Shown here: piece after piece, positions 1-7,913 of the stretch
Position numbering within the stretch: position 1 is the stretch's first letter
Layout: the number at the start of each line of letters is the position of its first letter
Origin: Reyranella sp.
Lineage (GTDB): Bacteria; Pseudomonadota; Alphaproteobacteria; Reyranellales; Reyranellaceae
DNA: 64,000 nucleotides
Assembly: GCF_050185545.1 (NCBI RefSeq)
Contig: NZ_JBFWZI010000007.1
Location: 26,194 to 90,193 of the forward strand
Direction: 5' to 3'
Notes under the pieces: generated by a model
What the model saw: only the letters and a program-made list of their open reading frames with translations
Database searches by the model: none
What the model was told of the DNA's origin: nothing
Position numbers and translations under genes: made by a program

Positions 1-1035
1 GCCGCCATGGATCTGCATGGCACGGTCGACGACGCGACCGCCGCCTTCCGAGGCGGTAAGCTTGGCGATCGCCGCCTCGGTGCGGAAGGGCAGGCCGCGC
101 CGCGCCTTCTCGGCGGCTTCCAGGGTGAAGTGGCGGGCGGTGCGGATGTCGATCTCGTTGTCGACCAGCATCCACTGGATGGCTTGGCGGTTGGCCAGCT
201 TCTCGCCGAAGGTCGAGCGCATCTTCGCCCATTCGATCGCCATCTCGTGGGCGGCGATGGCGATGCCGATGCAGCCCGCGGCGTAGGGGATGCGCTGGCG
301 CGTCAGGCGGTCGTTGGCGACGGCGAAGCCCTTGTTGACCTCGCCCAGGATCTGGTGATCGGACACCCAGCAGTCCTTGAACTCGAGCTCGGTGGCGTAG
401 CTCGACGAGCGCAGCGTGTGGACGACGCGGCGTACGTGGAAGCCCGGCGTGTCGGCGTCGACGATGAAGCAGGTGATGCCGCCGCGGCCCTTCGAGGCGT
501 CGGTGCGCGCGAACACGATGCCGTACTGCGCACGATCGGCGCCGGAGATGAAGATCTTGGCGCCGTTCAGCACCCAGCCATTGTCCTTGCGCTCGGCCCG
601 CGTCTGGATCGCCCGCGCCGGATCGCTGCCGCCCGAGGGCTCGGTCAGGCCGAAGAACGGCTTCTTCTCGCCGCGCAGCGTCGGATAGAGATAGCGCTCC
701 TTCTGGTCCTCGTTGGCCTCGAAGATCTGGGCGAGGCCAGCGCCGCCGAACGTGCCGTAGCACGGCACGTACAGGCCGGCGCGATGCTGCGCCATCTCGA
801 TCGCCAGCAGCACGCGCGTGACGATGTCGATGTCGGGACCGCCGAACTCCTTGGGAATATCGATGCCGAAGAGGCCCATGGCCTTGGTCTTCTCGACCAG
901 CCGCGCGTGATCCTCGGTTGGCAGCTCGGCCGCGTCCGGGTCGAGCTTGGCCTCGAGCGGGATGATCTCCTCGCGCACGTACCTGCGGACCTGGTCGATC
1001 AGCATCTGCTGTTCTGAACTGGGCTCGAAATCCAT
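1..1035 (-). CDS. Acyl-CoA dehydrogenase family protein (3' end runs off the window start)
   Basis: Hand translation from ATG at 1035: MDFEPSSEQQMLIDQVRRYVREEIIPLE...GLFGIDIPKEFGG...FFGLTEPSGGSDP, with typical ACAD N-terminal and TEP-x-x-GSD motifs. Absent from the ORF track because no stop codon lies in the window. Confidence 0.9.
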   Translation of the reverse strand, partial: MDFEPSSEQQMLIDQVRRYVREEIIPLEAKLDPDAAELPTEDHARLVEKTKAMGLFGIDIPKEFGGPDIDIVTRVLLAIEMAQHRAGLYVPCYGTFGGAGLAQIFEANEDQKERYLYPTLRGEKKPFFGLTEPSGGSDPARAIQTRAERKDNGWVLNGAKIFISGADRAQYGIVFARTDASKGRGGITCFIVDADTPGFHVRRVVHTLRSSSYATELEFKDCWVSDHQILGEVNKGFAVANDRLTRQRIPYAAGCIGIAIAAHEMAIEWAKMRSTFGEKLANRQAIQWMLVDNEIDIRTARHFTLEAAEKARRGLPFRTEAAIAKLTASEGGGRVVDRAMQIHGG

Positions 1036-1045
1036 GGACGCTTCC

Positions 1046-1384
1046 TCAGGCCGGGCTGAGCCGCCCCAGGGGCGGCGGATTCTTGGCGTTGTCGACGGGC
1101 AGGCCGCCGTGATCGGCCTTGTGCACCATCAGGAGCTCGAACCAGCGCGTGCGGTACTGCATGTTCACCTCGACGCGGAACTGGTATCCGTCGCCGCGCT
1201 CTTTCAGCTCGCGCTGCAGCTCGCTGCGCAGGCCGAAGGGCGAACGCGCCCCGGCCTGGCCGATGTAGAGGATCGTGCCGTGGGCGTCGGCCACCTGGTA
1301 GACGCCGAGCTGGCCGGGCAGGCGGGCGGCCTCCTGCGCCGTCAGCGGCCGCCACGGCTTGTCGAGGCGGAGCCGGATTGCCAC
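1046..1384 (-). CDS. Small standalone GIY-YIG-like domain protein
   Basis: 112 aa. GVYQ-x9-LYIG motif followed by R (LRSEL), E (RWFELL) and P-x-x-N (LPVDN) in GIY-YIG order. The GTG start lies 1 nt after the stop of the upstream gene. Confidence 0.65.
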   Translation of the reverse strand: MAIRLRLDKPWRPLTAQEAARLPGQLGVYQVADAHGTILYIGQAGARSPFGLRSELQRELKERGDGYQFRVEVNMQYRTRWFELLMVHKADHGGLPVDNAKNPPPLGRLSPA

Positions 1385-1385
1385 G

Positions 1386-2147
1386 CTACTTGCCCTGGAA
1401 CCTGGCCGTGCGCTTCTCCAGTCGGGCCTTCATGCCTTCCTGGGCGTCCTGGCTCTGCATCGCCGCCCGGACGAGCGCATCGATGTCGTCGTGCTTGATC
1501 GAATCGCGGAACTCGAGCTGGCGCACGGTGAGAGCCTTCATGGCCTTGAGCGACAACGGCGCGTTGGCCGCCAGCCGGTCGATCACCTTCTTCGCCTCGG
1601 CTTCGAGAGCATCGGCCGGCACGCAGCGCGCGATCAGGCCGAGCCCGTGCAGCTTGGTCGAGGGCAGGGGATCGCCGAGCAGCAGCATCTCGCGCGTCGT
1701 CACCGGGCCCAGCACCTCCATCAGCTTCTTCGCCAGGAACCAGTTGGGCGCGAGGCCGACCTGGGCGAGCGACATGCCGAAGCGCGCCTTGTCGCTGGCG
1801 ACGACCAGGTCGCAATGCAGCGCCAGCTCGTTGCCGCCGGCGATGGCGTCGCCCTGCACGACGGCGACGACCGGCAATGGGCAGAGCTCGATGGCGCGCA
1901 GCATGACCTCGATGCCGCTCGCCTCGCCGGCGCCAGCCGACTTGCTGCGCTCGGCCATGTCGAGGCCGGCGCAGAACACGTTGCCCTTGCCGCGGATCAC
2001 CACGACGCGGTCGTCGGCCGCGACCGGCGCCTGCAAGGCAGCGATCATCTCTTTCAGCAATTCGCTGTCGAGCGCATTGCGCTTCTCCGGCCGGTTCATC
2101 CAGACGGTCTTGATCGGGCCGTCCTTCTCGATGATGACTTTGCTCAT
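1386..2147 (-). CDS. Enoyl-CoA hydratase/isomerase (crotonase) family protein
   Basis: MNRPEKRNAL, FCAGLD and AIAGGNELALHCD crotonase motifs. Confidence 0.92.
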   Translation of the reverse strand: MSKVIIEKDGPIKTVWMNRPEKRNALDSELLKEMIAALQAPVAADDRVVVIRGKGNVFCAGLDMAERSKSAGAGEASGIEVMLRAIELCPLPVVAVVQGDAIAGGNELALHCDLVVASDKARFGMSLAQVGLAPNWFLAKKLMEVLGPVTTREMLLLGDPLPSTKLHGLGLIARCVPADALEAEAKKVIDRLAANAPLSLKAMKALTVRQLEFRDSIKHDDIDALVRAAMQSQDAQEGMKARLEKRTARFQGK

Positions 2148-2164
2148 GGCGTTCCCCCTTTACG

Positions 2165-3145
2165 CTATTCGGGCTCGATGCCGGCCGCCTTGATCGCCTT
2201 GCCCCACCATTCGGTCTCCGTCTTGACGTAGGCGGCGAAGGCGTCGAGGCCGAGCGGCGAAATTTCCATGCGCCCCTGTGTCATCGCCTTGCCCGTCGCC
2301 GGATCCTTGAGCGCCTCGGCGATGGCCTCGTAGAGGGCCTGCTGGATCGGCTTGGGCGTGGCTGCCGGTGCGAACACGGCGAGCCAATAGACCAGCGAGT
2401 ACCCCGGCACCATCTCGGCGATGGCCGGCAGGTCGGGGGCGACCGTGGTCCGCTTCGTACCGGTGGTTCCGAGCCCACGCACCTTGCCAGCCGCGATCTG
2501 GGTCAGCGCCTGCGGCAGGTCGGGAAACATCACCTGGACCTGCCCCGAGACGACGTCGCCCAGCGCCTGCGGGCTTGCCTTGTAGGGCACGCGTTCGATC
2601 TTCACGCCAGCCATCTGATTGAACATCTCGGCCGACAGGCGCTGCGAGGCGCTCGCCTCGGCGTAGTTGAGCTTGCCGGGATTCTTCTTGGCGTAGTCGA
2701 TCAGCTCGGCGACCGTCTTGGCCGGCACTTCGTTGTTGACCACCAGAGCATTGACGCCTGTGACGCAGCGCGCGATCGGCGCGAAATCCTTCGCCGGGTC
2801 GTAGCTGAGCTTCTTGAACAGGGCGGGGTTGGCGGCATTGGTCGTGTTGGTGCCCATCAGCAGCGTGTAGCCGTCGGCCGGCGCCGTCGCGACCGCCGAG
2901 GCGCCGAGCTGGCCGCTCGCGCCGGGCTTGTCGTCGATGACGACAGGCTGCTTCAGGATCTCCTGCAGCTTGGCGCCGAGGCCGCGCGCCGTCAGATCGG
3001 TGGCGCTGCCGGCAGCGAACGGCACGACGATCTTGATCGGCTTGCTCGGGAAAGCCTGGGCGGCGGCCGAAGACGGCCGAATGAACGGCGCCGCCGTCAG
3101 ACCGGCGATGCCTGCCAGCGTCGCGCGGCGATTGATACTCACCAA
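2165..3145 (-). CDS. Bug/TctC tripartite tricarboxylate transporter substrate-binding protein
   Basis: RR-type signal peptide; FPSKPIKIVVPFAAGSATD, DKPGASG and DGYTLL motifs of the Bug family. Confidence 0.92.
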   Translation of the reverse strand: MVSINRRATLAGIAGLTAAPFIRPSSAAAQAFPSKPIKIVVPFAAGSATDLTARGLGAKLQEILKQPVVIDDKPGASGQLGASAVATAPADGYTLLMGTNTTNAANPALFKKLSYDPAKDFAPIARCVTGVNALVVNNEVPAKTVAELIDYAKKNPGKLNYAEASASQRLSAEMFNQMAGVKIERVPYKASPQALGDVVSGQVQVMFPDLPQALTQIAAGKVRGLGTTGTKRTTVAPDLPAIAEMVPGYSLVYWLAVFAPAATPKPIQQALYEAIAEALKDPATGKAMTQGRMEISPLGLDAFAAYVKTETEWWGKAIKAAGIEPE

Positions 3146-3211
3146 AAATCCTCCCTGGGTCGGGTGATCGGCGCCCGTTGTAGCGCGGCCCGGCGCAGGG
3201 AGGCAAAGAGG

Positions 3212-4168
3212 CTACATGAAGAGCTTTTCCGCTTTGCGGTCGGTGTACAGCCCGGCGACGAACTCGGCGTAACCGTTGTAGAGCAGGGTAGGGATGCGCT
3301 GGTCGCTGCCCAACGGCTTCTCGGTCGCCTGGCTCCAGCGCGGATGCGGCACCTGCGGGTTCACGTTGGCCCAGAAGCCGTACTCGCTCGACTGCAGCTT
3401 CTCCCAGAACGAGACCGGCCGCTTGTCGGTGAAGTCGATGCTGACGATCGACTTCACGTTCTTGAAGCCGTACTTCCAGGGCGCGACGAGACGCAGCGGA
3501 GCGCCGTTCTGCTTGTGGATCGGCTTGCCGTAGAGGCCGGTGGCGATGAACGTCAGGTCGTGCATCGCTTCGTCCATCGCCAGGCCCTCGGTATAGGGCC
3601 AGGGATAAAGCAGGTCGCGCTGCTCGCGCATGACCGACGGCCTGGAGAGTGTCTTCATCACGACGAACTTGGCGCTGCCGGTAGGCTTGCACAGCTCGAC
3701 CAGGGAACGCATGGCAAAGCCGCTCCACGGCACGATCATCGACCACGTCTCGACGCAGCGATGGCGATAGACGCGCTCCTCGAGCGGCATCTTGGCCAGC
3801 AGGTCGTCGATGCCGATCTCGAACGGCTTCTCGACCATGCCGCCCACCTTGATCGTCCACGGACGAACCTCGAGCTTCTGGGCGTCGCGCCAGATGCTTT
3901 TGTCGGTGCCGAATTCGTAGAAGTTGTTGTAGGTGGTGGCGCGCTTCTCGTCGGTCATCGGCGTGGGCACGCCGTACCTGTCGTTGCGCTTTGCCGGATA
4001 GAGGCGGGCCGACGGATCCTTGTCCTGGGCCGACGCGACGACGGGCAGGGCGAACGCCGCGGCGCCGAGACCCATGGCGCTCACCAATTCGCGGCGTCTC
4101 AGGTATAGCCCTTCCGGGGTCGCCCGATTTTCGCCCAGTTCCCAGCCTCGCCTGCGCCTGATCAGCAT
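3212..4168 (-). CDS. msrP: Protein-methionine-sulfoxide reductase catalytic subunit MsrP (YedY)
   Basis: Tat signal (RRREL), YNNFYEFG, YRHRCVETWS (Mo-ligand Cys), QNGAPLRLVAPWKYGFK and HPRWSQATE. Confidence 0.93.
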   Translation of the reverse strand: MLIRRRRGWELGENRATPEGLYLRRRELVSAMGLGAAAFALPVVASAQDKDPSARLYPAKRNDRYGVPTPMTDEKRATTYNNFYEFGTDKSIWRDAQKLEVRPWTIKVGGMVEKPFEIGIDDLLAKMPLEERVYRHRCVETWSMIVPWSGFAMRSLVELCKPTGSAKFVVMKTLSRPSVMREQRDLLYPWPYTEGLAMDEAMHDLTFIATGLYGKPIHKQNGAPLRLVAPWKYGFKNVKSIVSIDFTDKRPVSFWEKLQSSEYGFWANVNPQVPHPRWSQATEKPLGSDQRIPTLLYNGYAEFVAGLYTDRKAEKLFM

Positions 4169-4240
4169 CGAAAAAGCTCCTTTGCCTCGACATAGGGCCG
4201 AAGGGCAGGGCGCGGCAAATCAACCCTGCTCACTCGGCCG

Positions 4241-4756
4241 TTACGTCCGGTTCATCGACGGGCCTTCGCCCATGGCCTCGGCGAGGTCGCTGCGCTGGCC
4301 CATCATCACCATGGTCTCGGCGACCAGGAACATCGGGCCGATGAAGGCCTGGAAGAGATTGTCGATCAGCGCCGGCCGCTTGCCCTCGTAGAAATGGCCG
4401 ACGAACTGCAGCACCCAGCCACCGACGAACAGCACGAGGAAGGCCGTCCACACCGCCGGCGGAGACCCGAGCGCCGCGGCCAACGCCTCGGCGGCGTACC
4501 AGGCGACCACCATGATCAGGCCCATCACGATGCCGACACCGAGATCGAGCGCCAGCCAGCCCAGCACCGCGAGGAGCGAGACCAGAAGCGAGCCCGTCCA
4601 TTCCCGCCCGAGGACCTCGAAGCGCCACAGCGACAGCGCCAGCATCAGCGAGAAGACGATGACCGGGATGCCCACGAAGTGGGTCGCCTTGTTGCGCCAA
4701 TCGCGGTGCACCGCCGCGTAGCTCGCGAGCTGGCGGCGGAAAAGCTCGTTGGCCAT
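4241..4756 (-). CDS. DUF962 / Mpo1-like membrane protein
   Basis: YAAVHRDWRNKATHFVGIP and LQFVGHFYEGKRPAL motifs with hydrophobic helices. Start may be 4756 or 4777. Confidence 0.85.
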   Translation of the reverse strand: MANELFRRQLASYAAVHRDWRNKATHFVGIPVIVFSLMLALSLWRFEVLGREWTGSLLVSLLAVLGWLALDLGVGIVMGLIMVVAWYAAEALAAALGSPPAVWTAFLVLFVGGWVLQFVGHFYEGKRPALIDNLFQAFIGPMFLVAETMVMMGQRSDLAEAMGEGPSMNRT

Positions 4757-4834
4757 TGCAGCCTCCTGATGGAGCAACGCTCCACAGGGTCACTATGATG
4801 CAGGCGCGGCGTCAGGAAAAGGCGCCCTCATTTT

Positions 4835-5074
4835 CCTCCTCAGCGCAGCTGGGGAGGTGTCGCCGTCATACGGCGACGGCGGGGTCGTGAATCATCCTCA
4901 AGTGGACCGCGGGCGTCTCGCCCGCTCATGATCAAGAGCATCATGAGCGGGCGAGACGCCCGCGGTCCGGAAGACCATGACCCCTTCGCCTGCCTGCGCG
5001 AAGCCGAAGCGGCTTCGCTTCGGCGAAGGCAGGTCCGCGAAGACGCGGACACCTCCCCGGCAGAGCCGGGGAGG
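4835..5074. repeat. Nested REP/REPIN mosaic, copy 1 (A-shell + B doublet + extra hairpin)
   Basis: Outer inverted arms CCTCC..GGGGAGGTGTCGCCGTC..GGGGTC / CATGACCCC..GACACCTCCCC..GGGGAGG. Perfect 29-bp inverted repeat at 4904-4932/4940-4968. Confidence 0.9.
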
Positions 5075-5083
5075 AGAGCGGAA

Positions 5084-5518
5084 TCACGCGCTGGTGCCGG
5101 TGACCTCCTGGATCTTCGGCCACATCTTCTCCTTCCAGCCGGCGTTGCCGGTGACGGCGAGGATGATCTTGTCGTTCTGGGCCAGGATGAAGCGCGGCGT
5201 GGCGTCGGGACGTGACTTGCCTTCGTCACTTGCCAGGAAAGCGGCCATCACCCATTTCGCGTCGGCGGGCCATGACTCTTCCTTTGTGATTAGGGACTGG
5301 TTGGCTGGGTAGACGACTTTGTAGTCGAGTTTGTTGATCGCATCGGACTTCAGGAAGACGGGCTCGGACTGGGCGCGCCAGATCTTGCAGCCGCCTCAAA
5401 GCTCGTGGCCGACGAACACCAGTGTCGGTTTGCCCGCCTGGGCCAGCGCGACACCAGTCAATGACGATGCGGCGACCGTCGCAAGGCCTCCCATCATCAC
5501 GGATCGTCTGTTGAACAT
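5084..5518 (-). CDS. Candidate selenoprotein: Tat-exported thioredoxin-fold protein with UxxC (in-frame TGA at 5396-5398), 144 aa
   Basis: Readthrough translation: MFNRRSVMMGGLATVAASSLTGVALAQAGKPTLVFVGHEL-U-GGCKIWRAQSEPVFLKSDAINKLDYKVVYPANQSLITKEESWPADAKWVMAAFLASDEGKSRPDATPRFILAQNDKIILAVTGNAGWKEKMWPKIQEVTGTSA*. The frame stays open for 103 codons after TGA and contains a Trx-like cis-Pro strand (TPRFIL). Confidence 0.8.
5357..5395 (-). promoter_or_regulatory. Putative bacterial SECIS hairpin immediately 3' of the in-frame UGA
   Basis: mRNA after UGA: GGCGGCUGCAA GA(U)CUGG CGCGC CCAGUC CGAGCCCGUC. The upper stem starts after an 11-nt spacer, with a bulged U at +14 and a loop G at +20. Lower stem GGCGGCU/AGC(C)CGUC. 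Folded by eye only. Confidence 0.65.
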
Positions 5519-5616
5519 CTCCGTATGCTCCCGTGGATCCATTCCACGGGCGGAGTATGTCGGCAGGGAGGAGGGCGGTGAAGCTGGAGAGACCAGCCTC
5601 ACCGCCTTGTGACCAT

Positions 5617-7692
5617 CTATGCGGCCGCGCGTTTCTTGGTCTCCTCGACGATGCGCTCGGCAGTCCGCCCGACCAGCTCCTGCAGATGGTCGAACTCGGT
5701 GCGGAAGGTGCCGACGCCCTGGGTCACCGAACGGATCTCGACGATCATGTCGGCGATTTCGGCTTCCGGCATCAGGGCGGTGACCTCGTCCCAGCCGTTC
5801 CAGCCCGGCCGGGCGTCGAAGCCCAGGAGCTGGCCGCGCCGGCCGGAGATCAGGCGCTGGATGCGTGGCGTCGCCTCGCTGGGAGCCGAGACCGTGACCT
5901 TGAGAATGGGCTCGAGCAGGACTGGCCGGCACTTCGGCATCGCCTCGGTCATGGCGATTCGCGCCGCCATCTTGAACGACATTTCCGAGCTGTCGACGGC
6001 GTGGAACTGGCCGTCGAACAGCGTCACCTCGAGATCGACCACCGGCTGGCCCAGCGGGCCTTCCTTGAGGTAGTCGATCAGGCCTTCCTCGACCGCCGGA
6101 ATGAAGTTGCGCGGCACCACGCCACCCACGATCTTGTCGACGAAGCGGAAGCCCGAGCCGCGCGGCAATGGCTTGACCTCGACCTTGATGTCGGCGAACT
6201 GGCCGTGGCCGCCGGTCTGGCGCTTGTAGCGGGCATGCTGCTGGGTGCCGCCCTGGATCGTTTCGCGGTAGGCGACCCGCGGCGTCGTCGTGTCGACCGC
6301 GACATTGTAGCGGCCCGCCAGCTTGTCGATTGCCACCTTGAGATGCATCTCGCCCTGACCCTTGATCAGGAGCTCGTGCGTCTCGGCGCGCGGCTCGAAG
6401 GAAAGCGACGGGTCCTCCTCGACGATCTTGTGCAAGGCACCAGACATCTTGACTTCGTCATTGCGGTTCTTGGCGACCATGGACAGCGCGAATACCGGAG
6501 CTTCGGCAGCCGGAAAATCCTCCGTCGCGGCGATGCCGGCTCCCGACAGGGTCTGGCCGGCGGCCAGGGCATCGACCTTGGCGAGCGCCACGATTTCGCC
6601 GGCGCGGGCCGTCGGTATCTTGTCGAGGCGCTGGCCGAACGGGCGCAGCAGGGTGCCGACGCGTTGACCGCCGACGGTCTGACCCTCGTTCAGGCTGCCC
6701 GACCAGACGCGGCAGAGCGACAGCTTGCCGGCATGGGCTTGGTGCAGAACCTTGAAGCACTCCACGGCCGGTCCACCGTCCGACGGCAGGAGGCGGCGCT
6801 GCGCCGTGACGTCGACAAAGGGCGTATCGTGGCGCAACGCCTTCAGCAGCCGCCGCACGCCGTTCTCGCGATCGCCGGCGCCCAGCAGCACGGGCGCGAT
6901 CTGATCGGCGCCGAACTCGTCGTGCATGTCGCGGTAGATCAGCGACTTCTCCGGCGCGATATCCTCGATCAGCTGCTCGAGCAGCGTGTCGTCGAATTCC
7001 GAAAGCGCCTCGAGCATCTCGCGCCGAGCCTCGGTTTCGCGCGGCAGGATCTCGGCCGGCATCTCGATCAGGTCCGAGGCGCCGCTCGTCTTGTAGCGGT
7101 AGGCGCGCTCGCTCACCAGATCGACGTAACCGACCGTCTCGTCGCCGCCGTCGCCCGTCGGGCGCCGGATCGGGACCTGCCGCAGCACGAGCTTGCGCGC
7201 CGAAACCGCCTGCAGCGCCGCCAGCATGTCGCGCACGCGGACTTCCGCCGAGTCTATCTTGTTGACGAAGATCACGTGCGGGATGCGGCGATCCTCGATG
7301 TATTTCAGCAGCGGCGTCAGCGCCACGAGCCGATCGGGCGCGGGCTCGCAGACCAGCACCGCCGCGTCGCACACTGAGAGCGCCGCAAAAGCGTCATGCT
7401 GGAACTCGATCGACCCGGGAGCGTCGAGGAAAGTCCACTGGTCGCCCAGATACTCGACCGAGGCGACATTGATTTCGGTGCCCATGCCGCGCTTGCGCGA
7501 TTCGGCGGCGCCGTCGCCGATCGAGGTGCCGGCGCGCGTCGAACCGCGCCGGCCGATGGCGCCCGTGGCATAGAGGATGCTTTCGAGGAGGCTGGTCTTG
7601 CCCGAGAGATACGGCCCGCACAACGCAACCACGCGGTGCGCGCCGCTGCCTGGTCTGCCTCCGGTGATCGGCTCGGATTTGATATCGTTCAT
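5617..7692 (-). CDS. Elongation factor G paralog (EF-G2/FusA2-like)
   Basis: 691 aa with EF-G domain layout: G1 GPYLSGKT, G3 DAPGS, G4 NKID; domain IV motifs QTGGHGQF and FHAVDSSEMSF. Confidence 0.9.
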   Translation of the reverse strand: MNDIKSEPITGGRPGSGAHRVVALCGPYLSGKTSLLESILYATGAIGRRGSTRAGTSIGDGAAESRKRGMGTEINVASVEYLGDQWTFLDAPGSIEFQHDAFAALSVCDAAVLVCEPAPDRLVALTPLLKYIEDRRIPHVIFVNKIDSAEVRVRDMLAALQAVSARKLVLRQVPIRRPTGDGGDETVGYVDLVSERAYRYKTSGASDLIEMPAEILPRETEARREMLEALSEFDDTLLEQLIEDIAPEKSLIYRDMHDEFGADQIAPVLLGAGDRENGVRRLLKALRHDTPFVDVTAQRRLLPSDGGPAVECFKVLHQAHAGKLSLCRVWSGSLNEGQTVGGQRVGTLLRPFGQRLDKIPTARAGEIVALAKVDALAAGQTLSGAGIAATEDFPAAEAPVFALSMVAKNRNDEVKMSGALHKIVEEDPSLSFEPRAETHELLIKGQGEMHLKVAIDKLAGRYNVAVDTTTPRVAYRETIQGGTQQHARYKRQTGGHGQFADIKVEVKPLPRGSGFRFVDKIVGGVVPRNFIPAVEEGLIDYLKEGPLGQPVVDLEVTLFDGQFHAVDSSEMSFKMAARIAMTEAMPKCRPVLLEPILKVTVSAPSEATPRIQRLISGRRGQLLGFDARPGWNGWDEVTALMPEAEIADMIVEIRSVTQGVGTFRTEFDHLQELVGRTAERIVEETKKRAAA

Positions 7693-7785
7693 GACAACGT
7701 CCTCCTTCGCGCGCGTGTGCCCGCGCCTGAAAGCTCCGGACGGTGGTCGCTACGGAACTGTCGGCCGGAGCGAAGCCTTGTCGCG

Positions 7786-7817
7786 GAAATCGTTTCATTC
7801 CCGTTACGGCGAGTCAA
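7786..7817 (-). promoter_or_regulatory. Putative sigma70 promoter of the EF-G paralog overlapped by a LacI/Cra-like operator
   Basis: Minus strand TTGACT-N17-AACGAT; the imperfect palindrome TGAAACGATTTC (7786-7797) covers the -10. Confidence 0.35.
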
Positions 7818-7913
7818 TGCGGCGGCGCGCAATTGCTGCGCTGCGGCGGCTATGACCTCCCGTTCGAGGAATTCCAAGGTAACGGCCGGTTTCTTCCGTT
7901 GCCCGGATGGGCT

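Noticed and set aside
4835-5074. Possible CRISPR array or IS/MITE
   Set aside because: Copies are dispersed rather than regularly spaced with unique spacers. There are no cas or transposase genes in the window and I saw no consistent target-site duplication.
4840-5229. Small ORFs containing MSGRDARGP-like peptides (also near 10457, 21622, 33251 and 62330)
   Set aside because: They are translations of the palindromic repeats, not a protein family.
5396-5932. Track ORF of 178 aa ending at GHEL*
   Set aside because: Its first part overlaps the EF-G paralog out of frame. The real gene starts at 5518 and, on my reading, continues through the TGA.
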